From assembly GCA_964469265.1 (NCBI GenBank), contig CAYXYF010000006.1, positions 13,098 to 77,097 of the forward strand: a stretch of DNA of 64,000 nucleotides. The letters are read 5' to 3'. This DNA is from an uncultured Bdellovibrionales bacterium. Lineage in GTDB: Bacteria > Bdellovibrionota > Bdellovibrionia > Bdellovibrionales > JAEYZS01. Below the pieces are notes generated by a model, which worked only from the letters and a program-made list of their open reading frames with translations, was not told the DNA's origin and did no database searches. Shown here piece by piece: positions 37,894 to 47,490 of this stretch (its first letter is position 1; every line of letters starts with the position of its first letter). Made by a program: the position numbers and the translations under genes.

Positions 37894-39123
37894 TCACGCC
37901 ACCACTTCGGGCGGCAATGGATCTAGTGCGGGTTGAGACTTCAGGTCTTTGAACTTTTTAAAGATGATAAGACACATAAACGTCGCGATCACGACAATGT
38001 AACTTGTTCTATTATAAAAAATAATTTTCCCGTTTAAATCTGTTGAGACAATAAGCCCGCCCACAAAGGACGCAAGGCCTGCGCCCATCTGCTGAAGTGC
38101 TGTATTGATGCTAAGAAAGCCACCTCGAAATCTGGGCTCGATACTATTAGAGACAGCTGTAATTGCTGGTATTGTCCTGGCGCTAGCGATGACAAAGAAG
38201 CCGCTCGTTACAACAAGGGCAACCCACATCGGTACCATCGGCAAGTGCGTAATTGCAAATATTGGTATCAGTGCAAGGTACGCTAAAATCCTAAAGACGT
38301 GAAAAGGACTCGTCTTATCGACCCATCTTCCAACAAGATTTGAACTAAAGATCGTACATGCTCCACCCGCCAAATAAACATAAGACAATTCAAGGTCTGA
38401 AAAACCTAAATTCGCCGACAGATACGGACTGATGAAAGGAATGACAATAAAATGTGCCATCATCAAAGTTGGAAACAAGCTCAATGCCCACAATAGCTTG
38501 GGATTTTTCAGAAGGTATGGATAAATTTCTGTCTTTCTTCTTCGAACAGTTCTTCGAAGGTGGGCGCGCATAGGTGGAAGCGTACGCATACCGAAAAAAA
38601 AGACTATCATTCCAAATCCTGCCAAACCAAAAAACGGCCAATGCCAAGAAGAATTCACTGCGATGACCAGACCTAACGGTACCCCAAGAACGGCTGCTAC
38701 GGAGAAAGCAGACATCACTAATCCTAAAGCGCGTCCTCGGTGACTCGGTTGAATAATATCTCCTACGATGGATACAATTTGTGAGCCCATGATTCCGCCA
38801 AAGAAACCAGTAAAAATTCTAGCCAAAAGAAACGTGTTGTAACTCGTTGAAAGTGCGCACAGAAATGTGCCGACAATAAATCCTAAGTAAATTGCCAGAA
38901 AAGATCTTTTGCGATCAAAGTCATCTATAAAAAATGAACTTACCATAGCGGAAACACCAGCACTGATAGAGTAAACGGAGACGATCATACTGAATTGCCC
39001 AGTCGTTATGTCAAAGACACCCATGAGTTGTGGGCCAAGGGGCATAATTATCATGAAGCCGACGATATTAATAAATTGAGCTGTAGCAAGTAACAGGAGG
39101 ATCTGAAATTCTTTCTTCGACAT
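37894..39123 (-). CDS. MFS transporter
   Basis: About 12 TM segments. The ATG at 39123 (MSKKEFQILLL) is preferred over the track's TTG at 39159. Lies downstream of the radical SAM gene. Confidence 0.75.
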   Translation of the reverse strand: MSKKEFQILLLLATAQFINIVGFMIIMPLGPQLMGVFDITTGQFSMIVSVYSISAGVSAMVSSFFIDDFDRKRSFLAIYLGFIVGTFLCALSTSYNTFLLARIFTGFFGGIMGSQIVSIVGDIIQPSHRGRALGLVMSAFSVAAVLGVPLGLVIAVNSSWHWPFFGLAGFGMIVFFFGMRTLPPMRAHLRRTVRRRKTEIYPYLLKNPKLLWALSLFPTLMMAHFIVIPFISPYLSANLGFSDLELSYVYLAGGACTIFSSNLVGRWVDKTSPFHVFRILAYLALIPIFAITHLPMVPMWVALVVTSGFFVIASARTIPAITAVSNSIEPRFRGGFLSINTALQQMGAGLASFVGGLIVSTDLNGKIIFYNRTSYIVVIATFMCLIIFKKFKDLKSQPALDPLPPEVVA

Positions 39124-39162
39124 AAGCCCCAAGATACGCCTCTTGGTAAGCCTAATCAAACC

Positions 39163-40050
39163 CTATTTTCTGTCAAACCTTTTAGCGAAATCACATCTCT
39201 GACAAAGATCTTCTTTAAGAACTTTTTGCAAAAAACCTTCTTTCATCGCAACTGCTCGTGAGGATGTTAGAATTGAATTAAGATCGTTTTCTAAACAATT
39301 GCCTAGCGGAATCTCAGCTTCTTTATCTAGACAACACGGTACTACAGTACCGTCTGCATGAATCCCTACATGATGAGTAAGTGCATGGCAAAAACCGCTG
39401 CTGGACCGTATAGGCTGCTCCATACTTGGCCATTCAAATCTTGAATCAAAATTAATATATAAACGATTTAAAACTTTATATCCTTTAGCTCGCCGAATAT
39501 CGATTTTCAGTTGTGAAAAACTAAAGTTATATTTATTTTCAATAAGTTCACGAATGGCTTGGTTCTTGGGCGATAAACTCATTGGGTCTGACAGGTCCCA
39601 GATTCGGTAGTTAATATATAGATCAGGTCTGACTTTAAACGCACGATCAACAAAAGCGAATACTTTTGAGATATAAGGCTCAACATCCTTTAAGCGATGA
39701 TTCGCCTCAAAACTATGAATCGAAATATTCACTTGTCGAACAGTTGGATTAAACAATAAATCCATTTTACTTGGGTTCAACAACACCCCGTTTGTCGTTA
39801 AATTGACAGGCACGGAGTGCTTCTCGCATATCTTTAGAATTTCCTCAAAGTGCGGATGCCCTAAAGGCTCCCCCATCAAATGAAGAGCCACCTCTTTTGT
39901 TTTTTCTTTTACCTGAATAATGACTTTCTCAAAACTGTCGATTTCCATTATTTTTTTATTACGCTCAACTGGCGGGCAGAAATCACACTGCAAATTGCAG
40001 ATATTTGAAATTTCAACGTAGACTCGTTCAAACATTCCTACAAACTCCAT
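39163..40050 (-). CDS. Radical SAM protein with a C-terminal SPASM/twitch-like Cys cluster
   Basis: CNLQCDFCP (CX3CX2C) near the N-terminus. C-terminal Cys-rich region GFCHA...VVPCCLDKE...GNC...CQRCDF. The start is either ATG 40050 (13-nt overlap with the kinase gene) or ATG 40035 (2 nt after its stop). Confidence 0.8.
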   Translation of the reverse strand: MEFVGMFERVYVEISNICNLQCDFCPPVERNKKIMEIDSFEKVIIQVKEKTKEVALHLMGEPLGHPHFEEILKICEKHSVPVNLTTNGVLLNPSKMDLLFNPTVRQVNISIHSFEANHRLKDVEPYISKVFAFVDRAFKVRPDLYINYRIWDLSDPMSLSPKNQAIRELIENKYNFSFSQLKIDIRRAKGYKVLNRLYINFDSRFEWPSMEQPIRSSSGFCHALTHHVGIHADGTVVPCCLDKEAEIPLGNCLENDLNSILTSSRAVAMKEGFLQKVLKEDLCQRCDFAKRFDRK

Positions 40051-40982
40051 GCGATTTTTTCGAGCTGTTCTGTTTCCTGTGCCCAGTAGGTATAAGAGAA
40101 GAAGTCTGGAAATAATCGCGGAAATGATGGGTCACTCCATCGCACAGCAATCCACTTTGCATAGTGTATGATACGTAGGCCTCGCAATGGTTCAAAAAGT
40201 TCAACTTGGGATTCATCAAAGTCTCGGATCTCAGTATAACCGCTAAGGAGCTCATCGACCTCTTCGTTAAATCGGTCTTGACTTAATAACATCCAAAAAT
40301 CTTGCGCCTCTGGTCCATTACAAAAATCATCAAAGTCCACAAAAAAGAATCGCGTGCCGTCATCAAGCAGGTTCCCTCTGTGGCAATCACCATGGATCCG
40401 TATAAACCGAGAAGGCTCAAGCCTTTCTTCAAGAAACATTAAAATATCTTTTGCAGCCTTCTGATAGCGCGGCCACATTTCAACCGCGACTGTGTCTTTT
40501 AAAATTTCAAGGCTATCATATCCAAATGTCTTAGCTGTCATCGCCAGACGATCTTTCGCCTTAGACCGTGAACCCACATTATGAATAAGCGCTAGCGTGC
40601 GACCAATCTTTGCAAAATCACCTGGGAGAAGCTCCTGGGGCATTCGCCCATAAAACTTAGGGAAAATGCTAAAAAGAATGTCTTTATGCTTAAAAACAGT
40701 TTCTTCCCCAAATTCAAAGGGTGCAACCACCTCAATTCCCTCTGCTTTCAAATCGAATAGAAACTGGTGTTCATCTAATATGGCATCTTTATTCCATCTG
40801 TGCGGCCGATAGAACTTGGCGATGACCTTTTCATTTTTTAGCGTGTTTTCTTCAAGACGTATCTCAAATACTCGATTTTCATAGGAATTCAGCTGACTAA
40901 ATTCCCCCGTCGGCAGTAGCCCCAACTGCTCTACTCCAGCTAAAACCTCATCTGGCGTTAAATCATAGAAATTTTTCGTCAT
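40038..40982 (-). CDS. srkA: Stress-response Ser/Thr kinase SrkA (RdoA/YihE) homologue
   Basis: From the internal Met: MTKNFYDLTPDEVL...LNSYENRVFEI...KFYRPHRW...IHGDCHRGNLL...FVDFDD...DFWMLL, collinear with E. coli YihE motifs. The track ORF extends to 41075, probably upstream of the real start. Confidence 0.8.
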   Translation of the reverse strand: MTKNFYDLTPDEVLAGVEQLGLLPTGEFSQLNSYENRVFEIRLEENTLKNEKVIAKFYRPHRWNKDAILDEHQFLFDLKAEGIEVVAPFEFGEETVFKHKDILFSIFPKFYGRMPQELLPGDFAKIGRTLALIHNVGSRSKAKDRLAMTAKTFGYDSLEILKDTVAVEMWPRYQKAAKDILMFLEERLEPSRFIRIHGDCHRGNLLDDGTRFFFVDFDDFCNGPEAQDFWMLLSQDRFNEEVDELLSGYTEIRDFDESQVELFEPLRGLRIIHYAKWIAVRWSDPSFPRLFPDFFSYTYWAQETEQLEKIAWSL

Positions 40983-41108
40983 CGCACGTTCCTTACCTCG
41001 ATAAAATATATAAATCTTTTCCCTAAAGGGCATTCTATTTTTTTTGTTTTGGCAATTAACCGCTTTGTTCTCCATAATTGTTACAACTAAGCGTGGGGGA
41101 CGCGGGGG

Positions 41109-42050
41109 ATGACGTATCTAGCAACTTTATTAAGCCTACTAGGACTTACGATTGTGCTTTATGCAAATACTGCATTAGGCATGTCGCAGGCTCATATCCC
41201 CTATGAAATTCAAACCTATGTCGAAGCCTCAGTTCAACTCCAAATCGGAGAGGAATGGAGTCGTCAGAAGCTCATTAACTCTAGACCGACCAATTACCAT
41301 CTTAACCGGTTGATACGCGCAACTGCACGAGTGAAAACTAAAGACTCTATTGGCTCTGCAGTTTACCTCGGGAAGTTTGGAGAACATCATCTTATGATGA
41401 CAAATCATCATGTCATCAACTCGGACTGCCGCGGAAAGGAAATTGAAATCCGATTTGAAGCATTGGGAGTTAAAACAAAATGCCTGCGCATTCTTGCAAA
41501 GTATCCACAGCTGGAAACGACATTCTTTACAATCAATGTTTCGCACAGGTATAGGTCGCTATTTGAAAGCCTCGCCATGGAGATTGATTTTAATGACGTT
41601 GAAGCTGGCGAAAAACTTGTCACAGCAGGATACGGCAACCACCTTAATAAAAGTAGCGTCCTTACCTACGAAGACTCCAAGACCTGTGTTGTGGCTACAC
41701 CTTCAAAAAGTTCTCGTTTTGTTAGAGTGAACAAACAATATCAAGCATGGACATTCCTTCATGCATGCGAAACTTCGACTGGTGACTCTGGCTCTGTCAT
41801 TGTCAGTGAGAGAACTGGAAAGGTGGTGGGCCTTGTATGGGCAACATCAATGAACAAACACACGGATCTTAAAAACAGCAACACAGTTTTTGACTGGATT
41901 GCAAGACAGGATCCGCGCATGTGGGAGAATTTATCTCTCGCCGTCCCAACACGCTTTATCATGAACGAAATTTTTGTTTCTAAAAACGCAACTCTCCTAA
42001 GCTGGGTGGAACAAAATCGTTCCGTCGACGGCCATTTCGCCAAAAATTAA
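41109..42050 (+). CDS. Secreted trypsin-like serine protease
   Basis: 313 aa. Signal peptide, His region MMTNHHVI and Ser region ETSTGDSGSVIV. Confidence 0.7.
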   Translation: MTYLATLLSLLGLTIVLYANTALGMSQAHIPYEIQTYVEASVQLQIGEEWSRQKLINSRPTNYHLNRLIRATARVKTKDSIGSAVYLGKFGEHHLMMTNHHVINSDCRGKEIEIRFEALGVKTKCLRILAKYPQLETTFFTINVSHRYRSLFESLAMEIDFNDVEAGEKLVTAGYGNHLNKSSVLTYEDSKTCVVATPSKSSRFVRVNKQYQAWTFLHACETSTGDSGSVIVSERTGKVVGLVWATSMNKHTDLKNSNTVFDWIARQDPRMWENLSLAVPTRFIMNEIFVSKNATLLSWVEQNRSVDGHFAKN

Positions 42051-42176
42051 GCTCAGACATAATTTGGTCAGCAAATTGCAATTAACTCAGCTGTTACCAA
42101 CCGTTGAGGCAGAAATTACCATTTGAGCAATGTTTGCTATGTAATTTCACTCATGCATTTTGTAATGGAGTAAAAA

Positions 42177-43022
42177 ATGCGATCAATTTTTGTAGTTTTA
42201 TTCATAAAATTTTTTGTACTTGGGGCCGCCGCAGGCACACCTTCCTATAGCGCCAAGATACTTCAGGGTGCCGAATATGATCGGCTTGAATCTCGTCTTT
42301 CGACTTTGTCTGATGAAATACGCCTAAGACGGGAGAACATTCAAAAAGCGTCAGAATCATTTGTTGAGGCAAAAAAGCTTTTGGACTTGATGTTTGTATA
42401 TGTGCTTGAAAGCCTTCACCATGATAATAAAAAACCGCAGTTCTCTCGTTTAACACAAATGTTAGATCACGAAGAGTTTCGTCAACACGTTTATTACCCT
42501 GTTCGCGTTGGAGTGTTTAACAAAGACGACTATTGGATCAGATTCACGGACCGAAGGTGTGTGAACTTAAACCCTGAAGAGGAAATTGAAACAGGCTTGT
42601 TTATTCGAAGCTCAACTCCGATGTTTGAAAACCTTCGTTTCGGGAAAAGAAAACTTATTCTCACCGATAGCTTCATTGACACTCAGGGTGAGCATATACG
42701 ATATAAACTCGCCCACTATGAGTTTAAAAAACGTTCAAAGATTGCATCCATTGTGGATGCTTTTAGTAAAGCATCCGCTGCTATGATCCAGCACTATAAT
42801 TGTGATTATGTTGAGCATACTAGAGAGCTTGAGAAAACATACGCCAACTCGTTGAATCGCTACCACTATCTTGCGAAGGTGTTAAATAAACGACCAAAAG
42901 AGTTTACGGTTGAGAAAGAAGCCGAGACCCTTGGAGAAATCTTTAGCGGGCTTATGCCAGCCGATGAGCCCAAAGCTGCGGATATAGAAACTACGGATAC
43001 AGAAGTTCCACCTCAGAAATAA
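42177..43022 (+). CDS. Hypothetical secreted protein
   Basis: 281 aa with an N-terminal signal-like hydrophobic segment. No recognisable motif. Confidence 0.45.
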   Translation: MRSIFVVLFIKFFVLGAAAGTPSYSAKILQGAEYDRLESRLSTLSDEIRLRRENIQKASESFVEAKKLLDLMFVYVLESLHHDNKKPQFSRLTQMLDHEEFRQHVYYPVRVGVFNKDDYWIRFTDRRCVNLNPEEEIETGLFIRSSTPMFENLRFGKRKLILTDSFIDTQGEHIRYKLAHYEFKKRSKIASIVDAFSKASAAMIQHYNCDYVEHTRELEKTYANSLNRYHYLAKVLNKRPKEFTVEKEAETLGEIFSGLMPADEPKAADIETTDTEVPPQK

Positions 43023-43706
43023 TCAAGTTGAACCATCGTCAGATAAAAATATTTTGTGAGAAGTTTGCAGCCTTTGCTGGTACTCTTCTCGCGAAATATA
43101 TTTCCCCCCGAGGGACTCTAAAACTGGTGTAACCATTTGTATATCTATCCACTCAAGGCCTTGCGCCTCAAGAATGCGCGCCACTTCAAGCACGCAGAGC
43201 TTTGACACATTATCCTCCAGACCAAACATACTCTCTCCCGAAAAAACACCCGCAAGAAACACACCGTAGACTCCGCCCACAAGCTCTTTGTTATCTTTTC
43301 TGTAACACTCAACACACAAGATGTGACCCTCATCGTAGAGCTTGAGATAAGCATTTTTCATCTCCCCGTTTATCCAAGTTCCACCTTGATCTTTTCGCGG
43401 AACCTTGGCGCAATAGTCGATCACATCTGGAAATTTACTATTTATTCGGAACTCATAAAGGTCTTTGTTTATTAACTTCTGAAGGGAACGCGGAACGTGA
43501 ATCTCTTTAAAATCTAAAACTCCGCGTTCTAACGGCGAAAACCATAATAAGGGATATCCCTCGTGGGGCCACGGAAAGATCCCGTGAATGTACGCATCAA
43601 TGAGAGTCTCTGTATCCAGATCTCCTCCGAAACACAAGACCCCGTCATCTGCCGCTGTTAATGGATCAGGAAAACTCGATATCTCAAAAAACTTTCTCAA
43701 ATCCAT
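43023..43706 (-). CDS. aat: Leucyl/phenylalanyl-tRNA--protein transferase
   Basis: 227 aa with ..DGVLCFGGDLDTETLIDAYIHGIFPWP...LLWFSPLERGVL.., typical of Aat. Confidence 0.85.
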   Translation of the reverse strand: MDLRKFFEISSFPDPLTAADDGVLCFGGDLDTETLIDAYIHGIFPWPHEGYPLLWFSPLERGVLDFKEIHVPRSLQKLINKDLYEFRINSKFPDVIDYCAKVPRKDQGGTWINGEMKNAYLKLYDEGHILCVECYRKDNKELVGGVYGVFLAGVFSGESMFGLEDNVSKLCVLEVARILEAQGLEWIDIQMVTPVLESLGGKYISREEYQQRLQTSHKIFLSDDGST

Positions 43707-45172
43707 TATTCGTTCCTACAGTTGTCACACTTTCCGCAACGATCAAAATCTTCAAAACCAAAATATCGATAAATCTCCCGCGCTCGGCACTCCTTGGTCC
43801 CCACCCATTGAACCAGCTTTAACAAATTCATCTGATTGCTTTTTAAGCGCGCATCAATTTTTTTTGCGTCTGTCAGAAGGTCTGGCAGATCACTAATTAC
43901 CCGTAAGTTCTTCTCGGCAATATCTCCCTCGGTCACCTGCCAACGGTCAAAGAGGTTCAATGTTGTTTCAAGTCTGAAGTCTTTTCGGTTATAAAAATGC
44001 AAGTTCTCTCTTATGCCGTCGAGGCCCTCTTGGTTCGCCCGATCAATGTTGGACTTTAAGAACTGATAAACCCTTGAGATAAAATCACCATCGGGGTTTG
44101 CCCACTTAATAAACTCCATTTGAATGGACACATCGTCTTCGTCATAAAGAACGTGGCACTCTGATTCTTCCCCGTCTCGGCCTGCTCGTCCCATCTCTTG
44201 GTAAAGGGATTCAATATTGCTGGGTATTTCAAAGTGAATAACGGCCCTAATGTTTTGCTTATCAATGCCTAGTCCGAAAGCAGGAGTAGCGAGGATTAAT
44301 TCATCTTCAGGCTGATCTGAGTTTATAAACTTTTTTTGCATCCGTTGCCGCAGCTGCCTTGGCAGCTGGCCGTGATATTTAAGATGCGCAAGTTTTTTAT
44401 CAATGCGCTGTGAACACTTTTCTAAAGTTGAAATGAGTGAAAAGTAAACAATCTTGGGCCCTTTAACCCGTTGTGCAATCTCAATTAACCTTTCAACCTT
44501 TTGTTCCTCTCCATAAAGATCGTTCACAAACAACTTTAAGTTTTCTCGCTTTATTCCTGAATGAAAAACCCTAGTCTTATCAACACCTAACCCCACTTGC
44601 TTCAAGATGTCCTTTTGCACTTCGGGGGTTGCAGTCGCGGTGAGCATAAGGGTTGTGGGCTCTCCCATAAACTTTCTCATCTCATGAATACGCGTATAAT
44701 CTGGGCGGAAATCATGGCCCCACTCAGAGATACAGTGGGCTTCATCAATGGCAAGCAAACGGATATCATTTACTGCCAGGGCCTCCCTAAATTCCTTTTT
44801 ACGAAATCTTTCAGGAGCCACAAAAATGATTTCATATTCTTTGTTTTTTAATTTTTTGTACCGCTTTTCGCGCTCGGTTTTTCCCAAAAGGGAATGAATC
44901 TCGGCAGCCCGAAAACCTCGCGCCCGGGCCTTTGCACCCTGATCCTGCATCAAGGCAATCAGCGGCGAAATCACAACGGTCAGGCCTCCGAGGATGCGTG
45001 CAGGGATTTGAAAACATAGGCTTTTTCCCATTCCTGTAGGCATTAAACAAAGGGTGTCCGTCCCCGCCAGGATGGAGTTAATTACGGCTTCTTGATCCCC
45101 TCTAAAAGCATCAAAACCGAAAACTTCTTTTAAAATATTGTGGGGCCTATTCTGGGCCTGAATTTCAGTCAC
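43706..45172 (-). CDS. RecQ-family ATP-dependent DNA helicase (short form)
   Basis: 488 aa. Walker [20 protein letters not shown] box [20 protein letters not shown]-terminal CGKCDNC. GTG start. Confidence 0.85.
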   Translation of the reverse strand: MTEIQAQNRPHNILKEVFGFDAFRGDQEAVINSILAGTDTLCLMPTGMGKSLCFQIPARILGGLTVVISPLIALMQDQGAKARARGFRAAEIHSLLGKTEREKRYKKLKNKEYEIIFVAPERFRKKEFREALAVNDIRLLAIDEAHCISEWGHDFRPDYTRIHEMRKFMGEPTTLMLTATATPEVQKDILKQVGLGVDKTRVFHSGIKRENLKLFVNDLYGEEQKVERLIEIAQRVKGPKIVYFSLISTLEKCSQRIDKKLAHLKYHGQLPRQLRQRMQKKFINSDQPEDELILATPAFGLGIDKQNIRAVIHFEIPSNIESLYQEMGRAGRDGEESECHVLYDEDDVSIQMEFIKWANPDGDFISRVYQFLKSNIDRANQEGLDGIRENLHFYNRKDFRLETTLNLFDRWQVTEGDIAEKNLRVISDLPDLLTDAKKIDARLKSNQMNLLKLVQWVGTKECRAREIYRYFGFEDFDRCGKCDNCRNE

Positions 45173-45294
45173 AACATCCGTCCTTTTCCCGTTACTTTCT
45201 TCTTGTAAATCTCACGGCTTATGCTACTTTAGCAATCTTTAAATTTTATACAAATTTGAGACCCAAAAACCCCTTATCTACAGGCAGGAGAAAA

Positions 45295-47412
45295 ATGGCA
45301 AAAGATAAAGTCCCATTAGAGCATGTTCGTAATATCGGAATTTCCGCACACATTGACTCAGGTAAAACAACGCTCACTGAGCGTATTCTATTCTACACTG
45401 GTCGTATTCATCAAGTCCACGAAGTCCGCGGAAAAGACGGTGTCGGCGCAACAATGGATTCCATGGACCTCGAAAGAGAAAAGGGAATTACAATTAAGTC
45501 ATCTGCGACTTACTGCCGTTGGAAAGATTACGAAATTAATATTATTGATACCCCAGGACACGTTGACTTCACAGTTGAAGTTGAGCGATCTCTCAGAGTT
45601 CTCGACGGTGCGATTCTCGTTCTCTGCTCAGTATCAGGTGTTCAAGCTCAAACTTTGACAGTTGATAGACAGATGAAGCGTTATAAAGTTCCAAGAATTG
45701 CTTTTGTAAATAAATGTGACCGCGTTGGAGCAAACCCTAGACGCGTTAAAGATCAAATTCGCGAGAAGCTAAAACTCAATGCAGCTTTGGTTCAACTTCC
45801 AATCGGCCTAGAGGACAACCTTAAAGGCCAAGTGGATCTTGTAAAAATGGTCGCTTACTACTATGAGGGTGAAAGCGGAACACAAGTTGTTACGAAAGAG
45901 ATTCCTGACGACATGCTTGAAGAAGCAAAAGCATCAAGAGCGGAGCTAGTTAGTATCGTAGCTGACTTCGACGACGCTGTTGGTGAGAAATTCCTAATGG
46001 AAGAAGAAGTGACTGCAGAAGAACTTCAGGCCGCTATCCGAAAAGGAACACTTGAGCTTAAATTCGTTCCAGTTATGTGTGGATCTGCTTACAAAAACAC
46101 TGGTATCCAGGCACTACTTGATGGTGTCGGCAACTATCTTCCGTCTCCAAAAGAGATTGAAAACATCGCACTGAACATCGACAAAAAAGAAGAACGCCTT
46201 GTTCTTGAGTCTGATCCATCAAAGCCTCTTGTTATGCTTGCGTTCAAACTTGAGAAGTCACCCTATGGTCAGTTGACCTTTATGCGTATCTATCAAGGTA
46301 CTGTTAAAAAAGGTGACATGATCCTTAACGTATCTGATGGTAAGAAGCTAAAAGTTCCACGCCTCGTGCGATTGCACGCAGACGACATGGAAGATATTGA
46401 ATCGGCTTCTGCTGGTGACATTGTTGCAAGCTTTGGTATCGAGTGTGCATCAGGCGATACTTTCACTGACGGAAAAATGAACGTCACCGTTGAGTCTATG
46501 CACATTGCAGATCCAGTTATTTCATTAGCGATCGCGCCGAAAGACAAATCTGCAACAGCAAACTTCTCAAAAGCTCTAAACAAGTTTACTAAAGAAGATC
46601 CTACTTTCAGAGTTCACAGAGACGAAGAGTCTGGTGAAACAATTATCTCTGGAATGGGAGAGCTTCACTTAGAAATTTACGTTGAGCGCATGAAGCGAGA
46701 GTTTGATACTGACGTTATTGTTGGTAAGCCACAGGTTGCATTTAGAGAAACAGTTGCAGCTCCTGTAGACTTCGTTACTGTTCATAAAAAGCAAACTGGT
46801 GGTGCTGGTCAGTACGCGAAGATCGGCGGTATTATGGCCCCTCTTCCGCCTTCTGAAGACAGCACTCAAACTTATGAGTTCGTCGATAAGATCGTCGGTG
46901 GATCTATTCCTAGAGAATACATTCCTGCTTGTGACAAAGGTTTCCAAGAGCAGCTGAAAAAAGGTCTACTCACTGGATCTCCAGTCATCGGCGTTCAAAT
47001 GACGGTCAACGATGGTGGATTCCACCCAGTTGACTCCTCTGAGATGGCGTTTAGAATTTGTGCTCAAACTGCAATTCGTGAAGCTTACATGAAAGCAAGT
47101 CCCACTGTTCTTGAGCCAATCATGAAAGTTGAGATTAGCGTTCCTGAAGAATTCCAAGGTGCAGTCATGGGTCAGATCAACCAAAAACGTGGTGTGATCA
47201 TGGGCTCAACAACTGAGCACGGTGAAGCTGTCATCGAAAGCGAAGTGCCTTTAACAGAAATGTTTGGCTACTCGACAGACTTAAGATCTGCGACTCAAGG
47301 TAAAGGCCAGTTCTCTATGGAGTTTGCGAAGTACGCACCAGTACCAAAAACTATCCAAGAAGAAATGGTAAAAGAGTATCAGAAGAAGAGAGCTGAGGAG
47401 AGTAAGAAGTAA
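45295..47412 (+). CDS. fusA: Elongation factor G, mitochondrial-EF-G1-like subtype
   Basis: The ATG at 45295 has GGAG upstream. G domain [21 protein letters not shown]. Switch-I region [26 protein letters not shown] and [14 protein letters not shown] match the mtEF-G1-type sequence I remember rather than E. coli EF-G. Confidence 0.9.
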   Translation: MAKDKVPLEHVRNIGISAHIDSGKTTLTERILFYTGRIHQVHEVRGKDGVGATMDSMDLEREKGITIKSSATYCRWKDYEINIIDTPGHVDFTVEVERSLRVLDGAILVLCSVSGVQAQTLTVDRQMKRYKVPRIAFVNKCDRVGANPRRVKDQIREKLKLNAALVQLPIGLEDNLKGQVDLVKMVAYYYEGESGTQVVTKEIPDDMLEEAKASRAELVSIVADFDDAVGEKFLMEEEVTAEELQAAIRKGTLELKFVPVMCGSAYKNTGIQALLDGVGNYLPSPKEIENIALNIDKKEERLVLESDPSKPLVMLAFKLEKSPYGQLTFMRIYQGTVKKGDMILNVSDGKKLKVPRLVRLHADDMEDIESASAGDIVASFGIECASGDTFTDGKMNVTVESMHIADPVISLAIAPKDKSATANFSKALNKFTKEDPTFRVHRDEESGETIISGMGELHLEIYVERMKREFDTDVIVGKPQVAFRETVAAPVDFVTVHKKQTGGAGQYAKIGGIMAPLPPSEDSTQTYEFVDKIVGGSIPREYIPACDKGFQEQLKKGLLTGSPVIGVQMTVNDGGFHPVDSSEMAFRICAQTAIREAYMKASPTVLEPIMKVEISVPEEFQGAVMGQINQKRGVIMGSTTEHGEAVIESEVPLTEMFGYSTDLRSATQGKGQFSMEFAKYAPVPKTIQEEMVKEYQKKRAEESKK

Positions 47413-47465
47413 CACTTTTTATTTTTGCAATGGAACCTGACGCCAATTATTGTAAAATTCGATTT

Positions 47466-47490
47466 AAGCCCATGAGGACATCATGGGCTT
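47466..47490 (+). promoter_or_regulatory. 10-bp perfect hairpin enclosing the SD and start codon of the CNNM gene
   Basis: AAGCCCATGA-ggaca-TCATGGGCTT. GAGGA (47473-47477) and the ATG (47483) both lie inside the structure. Confidence 0.4.

Noticed and set aside
40980-41075. The 5' extension of the kinase ORF (MENKAVNCQNKK...). Separately, my hand count disagreed with the ORF-track translation by 1 nt in the 40981-41040 line.
   Set aside because: Homology to SrkA begins at the internal Met (MTKNFYDL), so the extension is probably untranslated leader. I treat the 1-nt discrepancy as my own counting or reading error, because the frames on both sides agree with the track.
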